From Vicugna vicugna (taxonomy: Eukaryota), in contig MU058423.1 of the NCBI GenBank assembly GCA_013265495.1, forward strand, positions 8,355,627 through 8,419,626: 64,000 nucleotides of DNA. The letters run 5' to 3'. This document shows positions 38,528-52,439 of the stretch, piece after piece. A model generated the notes under the pieces. The model did not search any database, was not told the origin of the DNA, and saw only the letters and a list, made by a program, of their open reading frames with translations. The position numbers and the translations under genes were made by a program. Within the stretch, counting starts at the first letter, position 1. Each line of letters starts with the position of its first letter.

Positions 38528-38719
38528 CAGAGCTGTCACATGCAGTTGTGCAGGGTGTACACTGCCTAAGTGTGCCTAGCTGACAAGGGCACCCGGGGGC
38601 TGACACCCAGTACATACTTAGTTTACAAAGTCCTGTCCCCTGGCGGGGGTTACATGCACTTGCAAGGAGTGCCTTTTCTGATTTCTACAAAGGCAGCACC
38701 TAGGTTAGAATCAGCCCTG
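38528..38719. mobile_element. MER91A-like hAT-Tip100 MITE
   Basis: Terminal inverted repeats CAGAGCTG...CAGCCCTG; internal cagttgtgcagggtgtacactgc and gccttttctgatttctacaaaggc. Confidence 0.75.
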
Positions 38720-38725
38720 CCCTTT

Positions 38726-38807
38726 AATGATGTTGCCACTGACTTGGGTACCTCTTAAATGATGTTGCCACTGGCTTGGGTACCTCTTAAATGATGTTGC
38801 CACTGAC
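38726..38807. repeat. 32-bp minisatellite, about 2.6 copies
   Basis: AATGATGTTGCCACTG(A/G)CTTGGGTACCTCTTA starts at 38726, 38758 and 38790. Confidence 0.95.
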
Positions 38808-38939
38808 AGAAACGGGGATACCAGGAACAGAGGTGAGACAGGTTTTGGGGGGAAATCAAGAGTCTGGGCCCTGTTAAGTTTGATGTGACTCTGCGATATC
38901 TAAGTAGAGATTTTAGATTGGTAGTTGGCTGCCTAATAC

Positions 38940-39850
38940 TGATCTTCCGTTCATCTCGCTATTTCTAATAATTTATCTATTGATGAAATTTCACTCAACA
39001 AAATCATCATTCACAAATAATGGCAATTTTATTAATTCCTCTCCAATCTGTGTGTATATATGTGTACACACACATGCGCGCGCGCACACACACACACACA
39101 CATTTTGTCTTAATGCACATGCTCAGGCCTTCAGAACAAGGTTAAATGTAAGGGGTGAAGGTGGTCATCCTTGCTTTATTCCAGATCTCAGAGGTACAGT
39201 TTTCAGTCCATTTCCATTAAGTATAATGGCTAATTGTTTCTTCATAGAGACCCCTGTCAGATGAATGAAGTTCCTTTCTATTCATAGTTAACTAAAAAGA
39301 ATTTTTTTAATCAAAGAGGATGTTAAGTTTTATCAAATTTTTTCTGCATCTGTTGAGATAATCATGTTTTCTCTCATAATTTTCCTTTCCTTCTCTTAAT
39401 TTTAATTTCCCATAATAACCTTGAATTTTGCTGACAGGGCTATGCGGTCTCATGAAACAAGCTGATCACTTTCTATTCTTTGAAACAGTTTGTGTTAGAA
39501 TAGATTCATCTCTTCCTTAAATTTTTGATAGAATTCATTGGTGAAGCTATCTGGACCCAGACTTCTCTTTGTAGAATGGATTGTGAATATGGATTCATCT
39601 TCTGTAGTAGTTACAAAGCAATTTAGATTTTTCTATTTTTTTCTTTTACTTTTAGTGAATTATATTTTCCTAGGAATTTGTCCGTTGTCTAAATTTTCAA
39701 ATTTATTGACATAGTAGTTCATAATAAAAATGATGATCATAATATTCTCTCATTATCCCTTTAAAATCTGCATTTTTCCTTGGTGTCATCTCTCTCTTTC
39801 TCTTGGTCACTCTAGTCAGAGGCTCATCCCAGAGAATCAGCTTTGAGGTG
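38940..39850 (-). mobile_element. Old L1 ORF2-region fragment with an embedded (CG)n(CA)n microsatellite
   Basis: gtcatccttgctttattccagatctcagagg...ttttctgcatctgttgagataatcatg...tagaattcattggtgaagctatctgg. Confidence 0.8.
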
Positions 39851-39859
39851 TGACTGCTA

Positions 39860-40005
39860 ACAGAACAGCATTTCTTTTTGGGGTGATAAAAATGTTCTGA
39901 AATTAAATATTGGTGATGGCTGTACAACTCTGTGAATATACTAAAAACCACTGAATTGTACATGTTAAAAGGATGAATTTTATGCATTTGAATTATATAT
40001 AATAC
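39860..40005 (+). mobile_element. L1MB 3'-terminal fragment
   Basis: tttctttttggggtgataaaaatgttctgaaatt...gtacaactctgtgaatatactaaaaaccactgaattgtac. Confidence 0.85.
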
Positions 40006-40983
40006 ATGTTATTTAATATATAGAGAGACAAAATAATATGACCAGTATAACCTGTAATAAGTACCAATCAAGTTTGTATTTGCCTACTTCAGGGCTTCCA
40101 GCAATATTGCTCGTCTTAGTTTTTGTACACTGTCATGTTCTCTACATCACATAGTTGTTGACAAATTAACCACATTTAGTATTGTCAGGAAGGTTAAGAC
40201 GTATTAATATGTAATTTCTTTAAAACCTTCAGATTTTAACTAATAGCTGATGGTTTCCATAGAATACTGGTACATGTTCTATCCATAGAGACCAAACCAA
40301 TCTAAGGAAAGTAGGTCACAGAGCACAATCTGATCCAAACTTGGCACTAAATGATGCAATGCTTTTCTCGTCACATAATCACGATGTTCTAATCACGCCG
40401 TGACTCTGACCTTTAAGTCAGTGGGTAGTCTATCATTACTTGGTAGCTGCTGAATCCAGAGTCAACATTTTGGAAGCTAAAGAACGCCCATCTTCTTTCA
40501 TAATCATTTGGCTTATTAAAAATTGAGCCCAGCTCAAAACTCTTGCCAAGGTTTAGTTATTTCATGCATATGAACTAAACAACAAACAGAATACAATTAG
40601 CAGGGAATAAAAAATAGAGAATGTATTTTTCTAACATATTAAAACACATTAAATATATAAAAACATTTAAAAAGAAACTACTTTGAAGCATATTATAATC
40701 TTAAGAAATTATTGATTAGATTTTTCTAGTTCTAGTTTCTTTCTTGACAAAAAGATTCAAGAAACATGAAATACTGAGAGATGATTAGAAATATATATGA
40801 AACCTTTAAGGAAAGTGCTTTGAAGTCTTGATTGTCAATCCTAAACTAACGTAATTTCCCTTTTACTGAGGAATATATAGCTTCTATGTAGTAATTTATT
40901 TGGTACACTAATAAATTGCCTCTTTGGAAAACTATATACACAAACCCAAAGAGGTCTCCAGGAACCATGAAGTCCTTTTTTTC

Positions 40984-40998
40984 CGTGTGTATATATAC

Positions 40999-41038
<40 letters not shown>

Positions 41039-41260
41039 ATATATATATATGTATTTTTATTTTTTAATGTATTTTAAATATGTTTTTAAATCGAAGTACA
41101 CTTGATGCACAGTATTATGTATGTTTCAGGTGTACAACATAGTGATTCACAATTTTTAAAGGTTTTATTCAATTTACAGTTTTTGCTAAATATTGGCTAT
41201 ATTCCTAATGTTGTTCAATGTACCCTTGTAGCTTATTTATTTTACACATAATAGTTTGGG
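40984..41260 (-). mobile_element. Short L1 3' end with a (TG)n(TA)n microsatellite at its tail
   Basis: tcgaagtacacttgat...gtttcaggtgtacaacatagtgattcac...aatattggctatattcc. Confidence 0.8.
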
Positions 41261-41559
41261 TTCTTAACAAGTTAACACCCTCTGTCTATGAGAATGAAAA
41301 AAATGAAGTGCAAATGACTTAAAATGCAGGTGCACGTCAAGGAATGGAAACCCAAAATGACAAATACAATTTTAGATGCAGTCATCCATGTTCTTTAAAT
41401 AACCTTAGCTGTGAGATGTTAAAATACTGTGAGAAAATGGAAGTGTGAAAAAATGGTTTAAATATTCATTCTTGCACCTCAACATAGATATGCCTTCGTG
41501 CAAAGATGCATAAAAAACCTTTAAAATCATGCCCCAAAGAAAACCGTTCTGATTCATAG

Positions 41560-42230
41560 CAAATTATTTATATGTCTATTTTATAAAAAAAATTTCTAAA
41601 AATTAGTAAGGAAACATACATAAGTCAATAGAATAATGGGTATAAACAGGTAATTCACCAAAGAAGGACAAATACAAAACAGGATGCTGATCTTCACCAG
41701 CTAAAACATATAAGTTAAAACACACTAGATATGCTTTTAATTAGATTAGAAAATTTTGATATCAACAACCATTGGATACATGTGAGGTATGGGGAAATGA
41801 GCTTTATTTTTTTGATAGAACTATAAATTTATACAAACTTTTGAAGGATAATGTAATTTTCCTTATTAAAATCTGAAAAGTACATATCCTGTTACCTAGT
41901 AATCCCACTTCTAGGAATCCATCCTATGGATTCAGTTACATGAGAATGTAGAAATAAAATACAGCATGGTCATTATAGCATTATTAGTAATAGGGAAAAT
42001 TTAGGAACAGCTTATATGTCTACCAATAATTAAATGACTCAATGAATGAAAGTGTAGACATAAAACAACTACAGCCATTTAAAAGGGCACTGATAGGATT
42101 TCCAATGCACTGACAGTGTTCTTTTTCTTAACCTGAGTAGTGGATGTCTAGATGCTAACAATGCATATATGTATTTATGTGTATAATTGTACATGTTTTT
42201 ATATGCTTCCGAGTTTTCAACAAAGAATGA
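41560..42230 (+). mobile_element. Ancient L1ME-type fragments
   Basis: acctagtaatcccacttctaggaatccatcct...cattatagcattattagtaataggg. Confidence 0.6.
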
Positions 42231-44485
42231 AAAGGAAGAACAAGGACAAATCTATATGGATTACTCTAGTAGGATGTATGTGATGTTAAGAAAAAACATA
42301 ATAGACCATAAAGACCATTATAAATGGAATAATTCTTATTTTTTGAGTAAAAAAGTATCATGTATGTATACATAATTATGGAGGTACATTTTGAAAAAAT
42401 ATAATACTCAGTAGGAAGGTTGTTAAGTTTTCTAAAAACTACTCATGCGATGATGTCTGAAAAAAACTGCTCTTCCTTTTCTTTAACCCAAGCTAACTGA
42501 ATGATGAGATTCCCTTCCTGTGTAGCTCTTTTCTGCACTTAGTACTTAATTCCTGTTTCTCCCACAAGCCTAAACAAACATATAGATCAGCTGATTACTA
42601 GTTATCACACATACATTTTACTAATAAGGAATGCAGGGGTCACTGATTGGTCAAAGGTTATCTGGCAACATTCTGGACTTCTAACTTTCATTTCAAAGCT
42701 TCACCACACTCAGGTTATCACAGCGTGGAAATATGAAAGTGAAAACACTGAGAATCTGCACCTTCAAAGGATTAGTGGGATGTAGAAAAAGAGCAGGGGA
42801 CTGCAGTGAGTTACATCTCCCAGTTCCTTAAAATGCAAATGTAATTTACACCAGGAAAAGTCATTTAAGTAAACTACTTCATGCTGTAGAAGAGGAAAAG
42901 GAAATTGTATAAGAATTGACTATTAAGAAAGTTCAGTTACAGGCAGGTCTAATGATGGAACTGTAAGGAAGTGGTTTAAGGATACTTCCTTTAAAAAAAT
43001 AGTACAGCAATTAATTTTATTGTCCTTAATAAGTTCCCTGAGCCTTATCTATGTCCACCCAGAAATCTTCTATAAATACTTAAATGTACAGAGATTCTTA
43101 GAACTCCCATCCTTCCCACTACATGGCGAGAAAAGACTGGGTGTGTGTCACGTTGTGGGTAGGAAAGTGTAGGACAGGGCAATAGGTAGGTTTTAGTGCC
43201 AACAGACTGAGGACTTGTCCTAGAATAAATGCCTGGAAGGAATCCAGACTTGCAGTCATCAACATTCAGTCCCTATCCCACGCAAGCAAAAAGGAGCAGA
43301 CCATACAGCAAGAAAAGCAGACAAATTAAAAGAGAAACCATCAGAGAACTCCCACCCAAAATGGTTTCTTTTTAAAGGGCATTGAAGAAGAGTTCAAGGT
43401 CAGATTATATTAAAATATAGATTATCCTTCTCAGGATCTAAAGCTACAGGAAAAATAATATGGAGCAGTGACCTAAACAATCATATAGGAAGTGGAGGAT
43501 AATATTGTTCACTAAGGTTGCCTGTATTTGGGTTCCTCAGGAAACTGAATAATACTGAAATGTGGGTGCACTGGGGCATGAACGCAAATGCAAATTACGC
43601 ATTAGAAAATACAGCCTGAACTAGCTAGGACGTTCAAATTAGCAACTGGGTTTTCTATGCAAGTGAATTTTTCAATAAGGCTTATATTGTTTCAGTCAAT
43701 GAAAAGACAGCTTGACTTTCTTGAGAGTTGGAAATGATACATCATTACCCATTTAGCTATGTCAAGAGTATAGGGAACAATTAACATTACTGTTTTCTTG
43801 AACCAAGAGAGTGTTTTAAGTCAGATATATCCTTTATCTACAATTTCTTCCAGTATCTCCTTCTTCCTAGAGGGAGAGAGAAATAGTACCTTATCTAATA
43901 CACAATAAAATCTCTGATGCTCATGCTCATCTCTCAGTTGTGTAAATGCAGATGTGAAAAGGACATCCTGTAATCTACAGTGAAGATGAAAAATTATTTA
44001 TAAAACTTTGTCAATAAAATACAAAATAATACATGATGAGGCTTAAAAAGACTGATGAACAATATGATACAAAGCACAAAGAAATGGAACCCAGGAAACT
44101 AGTCCACTGTCTAGCTTTGTTACTTTGTGCAGATGACATTTTCTGGTGCTCAGTTTTGTCGTTTATGCATCTACTTTAAGTGTGGTTTTGAGGAACTAGA
44201 TAAGATTAATATTTTGAAACAAATACAGAACTAGATACAAAAACAGGCTATTACTGACTTTGCATTCTATCTTATTACTTGTCAGTTAGCATGTAAATGC
44301 AGTCTCTTTTGAAGAGAATTGAACCTGGAATCTGAATTGAAACTTCTCTGGCCCTTTTTTTTTATATCTATTAATAGGCAGTAATATGGCACATGGTTTC
44401 TTTGGTGAAATGCTGTTGGTAGGAGCTAGTTATTTGTGTTAAATAAGCTTACAGGGACATTCTTAGAAATTCTAGATTCAATATA

Positions 44486-44910
44486 TGTATTAGCTAAGAA
44501 GGTTTGGGAGCAAATGACAGAAACAATAGCTTAATAAAGATGGAAATTAATTTTTGTCTCATGGAAATGTCCAGAAAGTGATTCATGACTGGCATGGTGA
44601 CTCATGCTGCTAGGAACATAGGATCCATTCATCTTGATGCTCTGTCCTGGAAGACTTCAACCCCACAGTCCAAGGTGGCAGCATCACATTCCAGAGTTAC
44701 GGAACAGGGAGAGGGTCAGAGGACAAGAGTAAAGGAACATACACCTCTCTTTCTTCTCAAAAACGTTCATGAAAACTGCCACAAGACACCTTCACATGCA
44801 CGCCTGGCTGCAAGCTGGAAACAGTGTCCATTGCAAATGGTCACAGATCTGAGCTCCTACAACCATGGGAACTGCTACTGGAGGATAACTAATTACCAGT
44901 CTCTGCCATT
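44486..44910 (-). mobile_element. Old MaLR LTR (MLT1J/K-like)
   Basis: tgtattagctaag...gcaaatgacagaaac...gcttaataaagat...ccaaggtggcagc...cagtctctgcca. Confidence 0.7.
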
Positions 44911-47379
44911 TATCATTTAATTTATATAATTATTTCAGTTTAGAAATTTTCTCTTCTTGAATAGGTAGAAAGAGAATGGGCTAAGAAATATGTCAGAAAA
45001 GTGAAATAAAGCTGCTTTGTGAGTGTTCATTATTATCTTTTTAATTTTGAAAATTAGTAAGCTCCAATAACTGAAAAGATTTACAATGCTGATTATTTTA
45101 TCATTACATAATTACTATTTCTATACTTCTGAATATCTAAAATGCATATTTCTCTGTCTTCATATTGATCTAAAACATACTAAATAAAACTAAACATAAT
45201 AGAAGCATAAATAACAAGAAAATGAAAATTCTCAGAGCATATAAAAGAACTGCTAAGGGCCGGCAGTATGAAATGTGGCAAGAACACAGAGTTTGTAAAG
45301 AAAGTCCTGGGATGGAAGCACATCATTCACTCGTTCATTCATTCATAGTGTCTATTGCTGTTATGTGTGTCTGTTTCCGGCAGTGTGTGTTAGGCATGCA
45401 ATGTACAATTTGCTTAGGGAGATAGGAATAAAACCTACCATTTTACAAATCCTAATTCAAATGACAAATGTGGTAAGTAATTCTATGTAGGATTATAGGG
45501 TAATGTGAACATCTAAAGGCAAGATCTGGCAATGAAACAGAATAAGGAAAATTTATATTTACTAGTTGAAAGATCTCTTACACTTCAAAGTTTAGACACA
45601 CTAAGTGGAAAAAAATCTTGCAAAATGGTGTTTGCAGTATGGTTCAGTTTCACTTAAAAGGGTGTACCCCAAAATGGCGACAATATTATCATATATATAC
45701 ATAAATCCACAAAAATACTGTAGGAATACATTCTGAAATTTCACCAGAAGTTATCTCTGGTATTTCTGTTAAGTATTTGTATAATGATTTAATTGTTTGC
45801 TATGAGAATATATATTATTTTTGTGCTTGGAAAAAAATAAATAAAAATGCACTTAAAATATAAAAACTGGGAATGTAAAACGGACTGCAACATGAGACTG
45901 GCACCTAGACATTGACCTGCATCTAGTAAATACTCAGTGAAAGCTTTCATTACACTGGTAGAAAAACATTAATGAACAAACAGACAAAAGGTAAGTATTC
46001 TTCCATAAAAAAGAACGCTTTTTAAAATATATTAACTAGTTTATTTATTTTATAGTACAAATTTAAGATCTGGTATCCAACATTAAAGATAATTATATTT
46101 TTTTCATTTACAAAATAGGGAAAATAAATTCTGATTTCCCTTAGCTTATAGGCATACTGAAGGAATTAAAGATGATTTTGGCTCTCACAAAATAAAAATA
46201 CACACATTGAGTGTTTATTATGAACAAAACACTGTGATTAATACTTTTGGGAAAATCTCGATAAGAAATAATTTACTAATTCAACAAATATATACTTGGG
46301 TACCTACTCTGTATCAATATGATGCTCTGGGGATTCCAAAATGAAAAGGACATAGATCTTGCCTTCAAAATACTTTGACTTAGTGATAGAGACAGATACA
46401 TAAATAACTTCTAAATATCCTACTAGAAAGATCAAATAACCATAGGTAATTTGTAGATCTAGACAAAATTCTAACATGCCAGCACATGCACATTCTTCTA
46501 TAGAGTGTCACCGAGTTATGCACTTTACAATGAGGGAAACCAAGCACAAAGAGCTTGAATGGCTTCCCCTGTTTTAAAAACATGAAAATACAGAAAAATA
46601 AACTTGAGCTGAGGGGACAAGAAATGGGAGAAAGACAAATTTGGCTCAAATAGCTTCCATGTTAATAAAGTTTGGTGGCTCTTGTTTAAAAATTCACTTT
46701 CCAGTCTTTATGTAATGATCTTGAACTGTGAAATAGTTTCGCTGCTGACAATGTAAACCATTGCAGAAAAAGTCCTTTTCATATCTCAAAAAAGTTCTGT
46801 TTTTCTCCTTTTGTCAGTTTTTCTAGTGGTGACTGTGGTAATAAAAGAAAGCCTTAGATCCAGGGTGATAAGATAGAGTGATTATTTTTCTTTCCTGGCA
46901 GTCAGCATAGGCATTTATACCGAGAGCTCACTAATAAGGATTTTCATTATCAATGTAATGAAACTCCTTTGTAACGGGTTTGGAGACAGAACTAAGTCTC
47001 AATGAGACATTCACTCATTCATTCAACCAAAACTTTTCTATCACCTACAGTATGCGGAATAATTGCTGGGCTCTGAGCTGTAAGAAATGAGGAAGGTGTG
47101 GTCCAGGCCCTTGAATTCACAGAGGCTCACTGTATAGGCAACAAATTTCCTATAATCTGGCATTCTTTGGTTAATAGAATTAAACATACTGTTAACCATA
47201 TAGTCTCCATTTCTCTATTCATTTAGTAAATATATGCTCAGCTCCTTCTAAGTACCAAGAGGTGCACCACATATAAAACAGGATGTAAAAACAGCCATGG
47301 CTTCTGTTCTAAAAGAGTACATAGTCTGGTTGGGGTAGAATGAGGCAAAAATTGATACTTTCGCAAACAATTTCCATTC

Positions 47380-48370
47380 TCTCTTCTTCTCCTCTAAAAG
47401 GAAGCCTGATTCTTGCATGGGGAGCAATATGTCCAGCTGCAGGTACTGGATCATGATTAATTTCAATCCATGATTCTCAAACTGTGTGCCCCGTCTCCAA
47501 GTGTGCCAAAGTAAACTCACTAGGGGGCCATGGCATATTTTAATTTTTAAGGGAAACAAAGTGGGACTCAACATTTGTGGAATAGCATGCAAATTACTAG
47601 CTTAGGGTACAGTTTCCATATTAGATTACCACATTCCTTTAGACTATGCCATATCGTTGTAAAGCTAGATTTTCAGTGGCTGTGACTAAAAACAAAGCAT
47701 GGCATGAAAAGCACGTAGAATGAGAAATGGCCCTGTCCAGTCTGATTCCGACGTTTGAGAAGCCGTAGAGTAACCAACAGATAATACCCGTTAATAACAC
47801 ATGGTTATTTAAAAGTGAAAAAATTATTATTTTTCTTTCAATTTATGTGTGCAATATATTCAAATGGCTACTAAATTGTAAATGGAACTTTTATGTGTTT
47901 CTTTTGGCATCATGAAAAAATTTACTGAGACCCCAAGGGAGCTGTGAACCAAGAAAGTTTGGGAACGTCTGGTCAAAGTCAATTATGTAAATCCTGTTTC
48001 CTGTTTCCTCAGCTTCCTCGCATCTAGAGGTGACCAGATGACCCAATTCTGGCTGAAGTAGAAATCTGCTGTGGACTGAGGAAGGAAGGTGCTGTAAGAG
48101 AATTTACTTTCCTGATAAAAGGGGATAATGACTAAGACTGGTAGTTGTCCTTCAAAAGTCCAGTTCCTTTAGTAATAAAATCCTGCAAGTTCCAGCTACA
48201 GACCACATGTTCCAGACTCTTTTCCAGCTACATGCGAACAAATGACTAAGCTCTGGCCAAAGCTTAAGCTCTTGAGCAGAAATGATACATGCAAATTCTG
48301 GATCATACTCTATTTAAAAATGAATGGGTGTGCTTTCTACTTCTTCTCCCTTTCTTGCTGGGGCCCAGAG
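47380..48370 (+). mobile_element. Old ERVL LTR16-like sequence, host of Charlie4a
   Basis: cagcttcctcgcatctagaggtgaccagatgacccaattctggc; a second similar unit lies at about 48170-48370. Confidence 0.55.
47469..47971. mobile_element. Charlie4a/MER80-like hAT element, near full length
   Basis: catgattctcaaactgtgtgcc...ccagtctgattccgacgtttgagaag...gtgaaccaagaaagtttgggaacgtctg, with both termini present. Confidence 0.8.
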
Positions 48371-50262
48371 AATTTAAATAATTAGCCTCAAATACACACA
48401 GATAATAACAGCAGAACTGAGATAAGAATGTTAGGCCTCCTTATTTCTAATCCACTGCTCTTTCTGTAAACTACACTCATTGGGGTCTTAGAAATATCTG
48501 CTATAACTCTGTATACTGTATTTAATATGTTGATACAATAGAGTCTCTTTGATATGATGCCATATTATTGATTCAAAATAATAACAGGATAAATCCACAT
48601 TATTATTATGCATAGAACATAGCACTTTGGTTAATGAGTAAGATTTAGTTACTAGGTCAACTGAATTTCTTAACCTATACAATTTAGGACTAAGACCCTA
48701 ACTCATGGTAGGTTTCCTCTCCAAGGTGCAGGCTGCAGGAGACTTGGACAATTCCTACGACTAGGAGCAGCAGAGAGGCAGAGCTTTAGCCATGGCTCTG
48801 TGAATGAGGGTTTCTCTTAGGGTGGGAATATGTGAAAGTGACATCAAGACAAATGGACATAAAGACAAAAGCACTTAAGGACAGACACAAATCACAAGAT
48901 TATAAAATCACAAAACAATTCATAGAAAGATTAGCAAGGATGAGACATCACTTCTGAGACAGCTGACTTTGTAACTAAGTTATTGAGAGTTGTATAAGAA
49001 AACATTTAAAGGGATTTCAAAACAATAAAATTGTATTTCTTTAAAAACATATAACAAGATTTCTTCTGCCATCTGTCATGTTCAGAGTTGCACCACATTA
49101 CAAAATTATTTGACTCCCTAAAATATGAAATAGAATGGTTGAATCTCTAAGATGATGATAATGACTGAAGATGTTCTACAAAGCATACCCACTGTACTCC
49201 AAGCTGCCTACAGGACTTCAGACAGGACTGTATAATACTTGCAAAGCCATGGTTACTGAGCTACAACTTTGTGGTGATCCAGAGATTCTCACCTTTCACG
49301 ACACTGTCCTTGAGGGCTTCTCCCGAGAGACATTCATACCCATGTCTTTTGGCCACACCACTATGATGAGCATCACATCCTTTCCCTTTCAGTGTATGTA
49401 CCACAGCTTCATTGCAGTAACCACCCTTAGGACGTACCTAGCAAAACAAAAAAGAAAAAAAAAGAAAAAGAAAAGGAAGATAATGATGACTAACATTTTC
49501 TGAGGGTTACATTTTTACTATTGTTTCCTACTAACTTTGGCCCCTAATGTCAGGTGGATGACTTCTTTGTGTAATTAAAGCTTTTTTTTTAATATGAGGT
49601 CAAAAATGAATGAATGGTGAGTGTATCTAACATCTAGCTGAAAAAAACAGGGACATTCTGCCTGTATCTGTGTAAGGTAAACATACAAAGAAAATATACA
49701 TCAGACTCAATGAAAATGTGGGAGAGATACAAAGGTGTATTATAAAGAGGCCCTTTAAGTGAAAAGGACCTTTCTTCATTCGTTTAGATGACGATAGTCT
49801 TAGGGACTCATTTCTGAAAATGAAGCACTCATGCTTATAAATTGAGGCAATCCTACTGGAACAAAAAGGAATTCTGAGTGGAGAAGGGAAGAGAAGTTTG
49901 ATAACTAGGCTAAACGTGAAGGGTACTAAGAAGCTGGCAATCTGATCTACTGAATCCTCCTACTAATTTTCTGCCCCCTTTTAGCTTCCATTTTTCTTTC
50001 CAATTCTGTGAATGGACTGAAACAAACTAACACTTCTTACATTCTGAATGATGGAGAGGACTCCAGAAAACAGCCTCATTTATTCTCTCAAAAACTATTT
50101 TGTCACATGTAGTTTCCTTTTTATTCTTGGTGCCTTTCTTTAGGTTTGCTAGAGTGTCATGAAGTATTTGCCAAATGACATATAAGATGAGATTGGAAAT
50201 AAGATAGAGGAAAAAAAATCCTCTATTTAATGATTCAAGAAAGAAATAACTTCTTTACTCGT

Positions 50263-52103
50263 TGCATTAAAAAAATAAAATACTTAAGAATAAACCTGAC
50301 CAAGCAGTGAGAGACTTATATGCTGAGAATTATAAAACACTGATAAAGGAAATTAAAGATGACTACTTAAATAAATGGAAATATATCTCACGCTCTTGGA
50401 TTGAAAGAATTAATATTGTTAAAATGGCCATACTACCCAAAGCAATCTACAGATTTAATGTGATCCCTATCAAATTACCCAGCACATTTTTCACAGAACT
50501 AGAACAAATAATTCTAAAATTTATATGGAATCACAAAAGACCAAGAATAGCTAAAGCAATACTGAAGAAAAAGAACAAAGCTGGAGGAATAATCCTCCCA
50601 GACTTCAGACAATTCTACAAAGCTACAGTCATCAAAACAGCATGGTACTGATAAAAAAAAACCAGACACCTGGATCAATGGAACAGTACAGACAGCCCAG
50701 AAATAAACCCACACACCTACAGTCAATTAATCTTCAACAAGGGAGGGAAGAATATACAATGGAGAACAGACAGTCTCTTCAGCAAGTGGTGTTGGGAATG
50801 CTGGACAGTCGCATGTAAATCAATGAAGTTAGAACACTCCCTCACACCATTCACAAAAATAAACTCAGAATAGCTTAAAACTTAAACATAAGACAAGACA
50901 TCATAAATCTCCTAGAAGAAAACATAGGCAAAGCATTCTTTAAAGTAAACTGTAGCAATGTTCTCCTACGGCAGTCTACCAAGGCAATAAAAATAAAAGC
51001 AAAAATAAACAAATGGAACCTAATCAAACTTACAAGATTTTGCACAGCAAAGGACACCACAAACAAAACAAAAGACAACCTACGGAATGGGAGAAAATAT
51101 TAGTAAATGATGCGACTGAGAAGGGCTTAATTTCCAGAATATACAAACAGCTCATACAACTTGATAATAAAAAAATAAACAACCCAACCAAAAAATAGGC
51201 AGAACAGCTAAATAAATATTTCTTCAGTGAAGATGTACGTATGTCCAAGAGGCACATGAAAAGATGCTCAATATCATTAATTATCAGACAGTTGCAAATC
51301 AAAACTACAATGAAGTATAACCTCACACCAGTCAGAATGTCCATTATTAAAAAGTCCACAAATGATAAATGCTGAAGAGGATGTGGAGAGAGGAGAACCC
51401 TCCTACACTGTTGGTAGGAATGTAATCTGGTACAGTCACTATGGAAAACACTATGGAGATTCATTAAAAAACTAAAAAGAGAGTTACCATATGATCCAGC
51501 AATCCCACCTCTGGGCATATATCTGGAGGGAACTCTAATTCGAAAAGATACATGTACCCCAATGTTCATAGCAGCACTGTTTACAATACAAGACATGGAA
51601 ACAATCTAAATGTCCATTGACAGACAACTGGATAAATAAGTTATGGTATATTTATACAATGGAATACTACTCAGCCATAAAAAGAATAGAATAATGCCAT
51701 TTGCAGCAACATGGATGGACCTGGAGATTATCATATTAAGTGAAGTAAGTCAGACAGAGAAAGACAAATATCATATGATATCACTTATATGTGAAATCTA
51801 AAAGAATGGCACAAATGAATTTATTTACAAAACAGAAACAGACTCACAGACATACAGAGCAAACTTATGGTTACCAAGGGATGGGGAAGGATAAATTAGG
51901 AGTTGGGGATTTTCAGGTACTAACTACTATATATAAAATGATAAACAACAAGGTTCTACTGTATAGCATAGGGAACTATGTTGAGTATCTTCTAAGAACA
52001 TATAATAAAAAGAATATGAAAAAGAATATGTATACATAACTGAATCACTATGCTGTACACCAGAAGCTAACACAACACTGTAAATCAACTATACTTCAAT
52101 AAA
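50263..52103 (+). mobile_element. 5'-truncated cetartiodactyl-type L1 (ORF2 post-RT region and C-terminus, 3' UTR), disabled by stops and frameshifts
   Basis: ORF 50307-50651 has [22 protein letters not shown]...[26 protein letters not shown] (50248-50262) vs AACTTCGTTACTTGT (52104-52118). Confidence 0.95.
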
Positions 52104-52439
52104 AACTTCGTTACTTGTAAACACTGACCCGTATTATTAATAATAATTATTAACCTGTAGTAAGTACCCAAGTAACATAATTTAGTGTCAAGAAAAAGAC
52201 AGTTATACAAATAAGGATAAAATATGACAGAACACAGGAAATGAGCATGTATTACAAGGTTTTTTGAGAAATGAGATATGGGACTTGCTGACCAAAAGGC
52301 TCTATCCTTGAACTTCTATCACTATCCTTTTTCTTCAAACTCGTTCGAGTCTCCAAGAATTGTTTCTTCCTCTCTCTCCCTGTTCTTCTCTACCCTTTCT
52401 CCTTGCTTCAGTTCCATCCACTTTAGAGCCCATCTTTTG

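Larger units (their letters stand above)
37570..38930 (-). mobile_element. L2, interrupted by a MIR (about 37790-38010, +) and by MER91A
   Basis: ggagcttacattctagagag...agtggtcagggaaggcctc...aatgggaagccactgaagaatttaagc; MIR core ctctgtgccactgtttcctcatctgtaa. Confidence 0.8.

Noticed and set aside
38726..38807. CRISPR-like array
   Set aside because: Contiguous tandem units without unique spacers, no cas genes, mammalian context
51030..51596. 188-aa minus-strand ORF and similar ORFs at 12742, 13090, 16248 and 60114
   Set aside because: Recurrent antisense open frames of L1 ORF2 3' sequence
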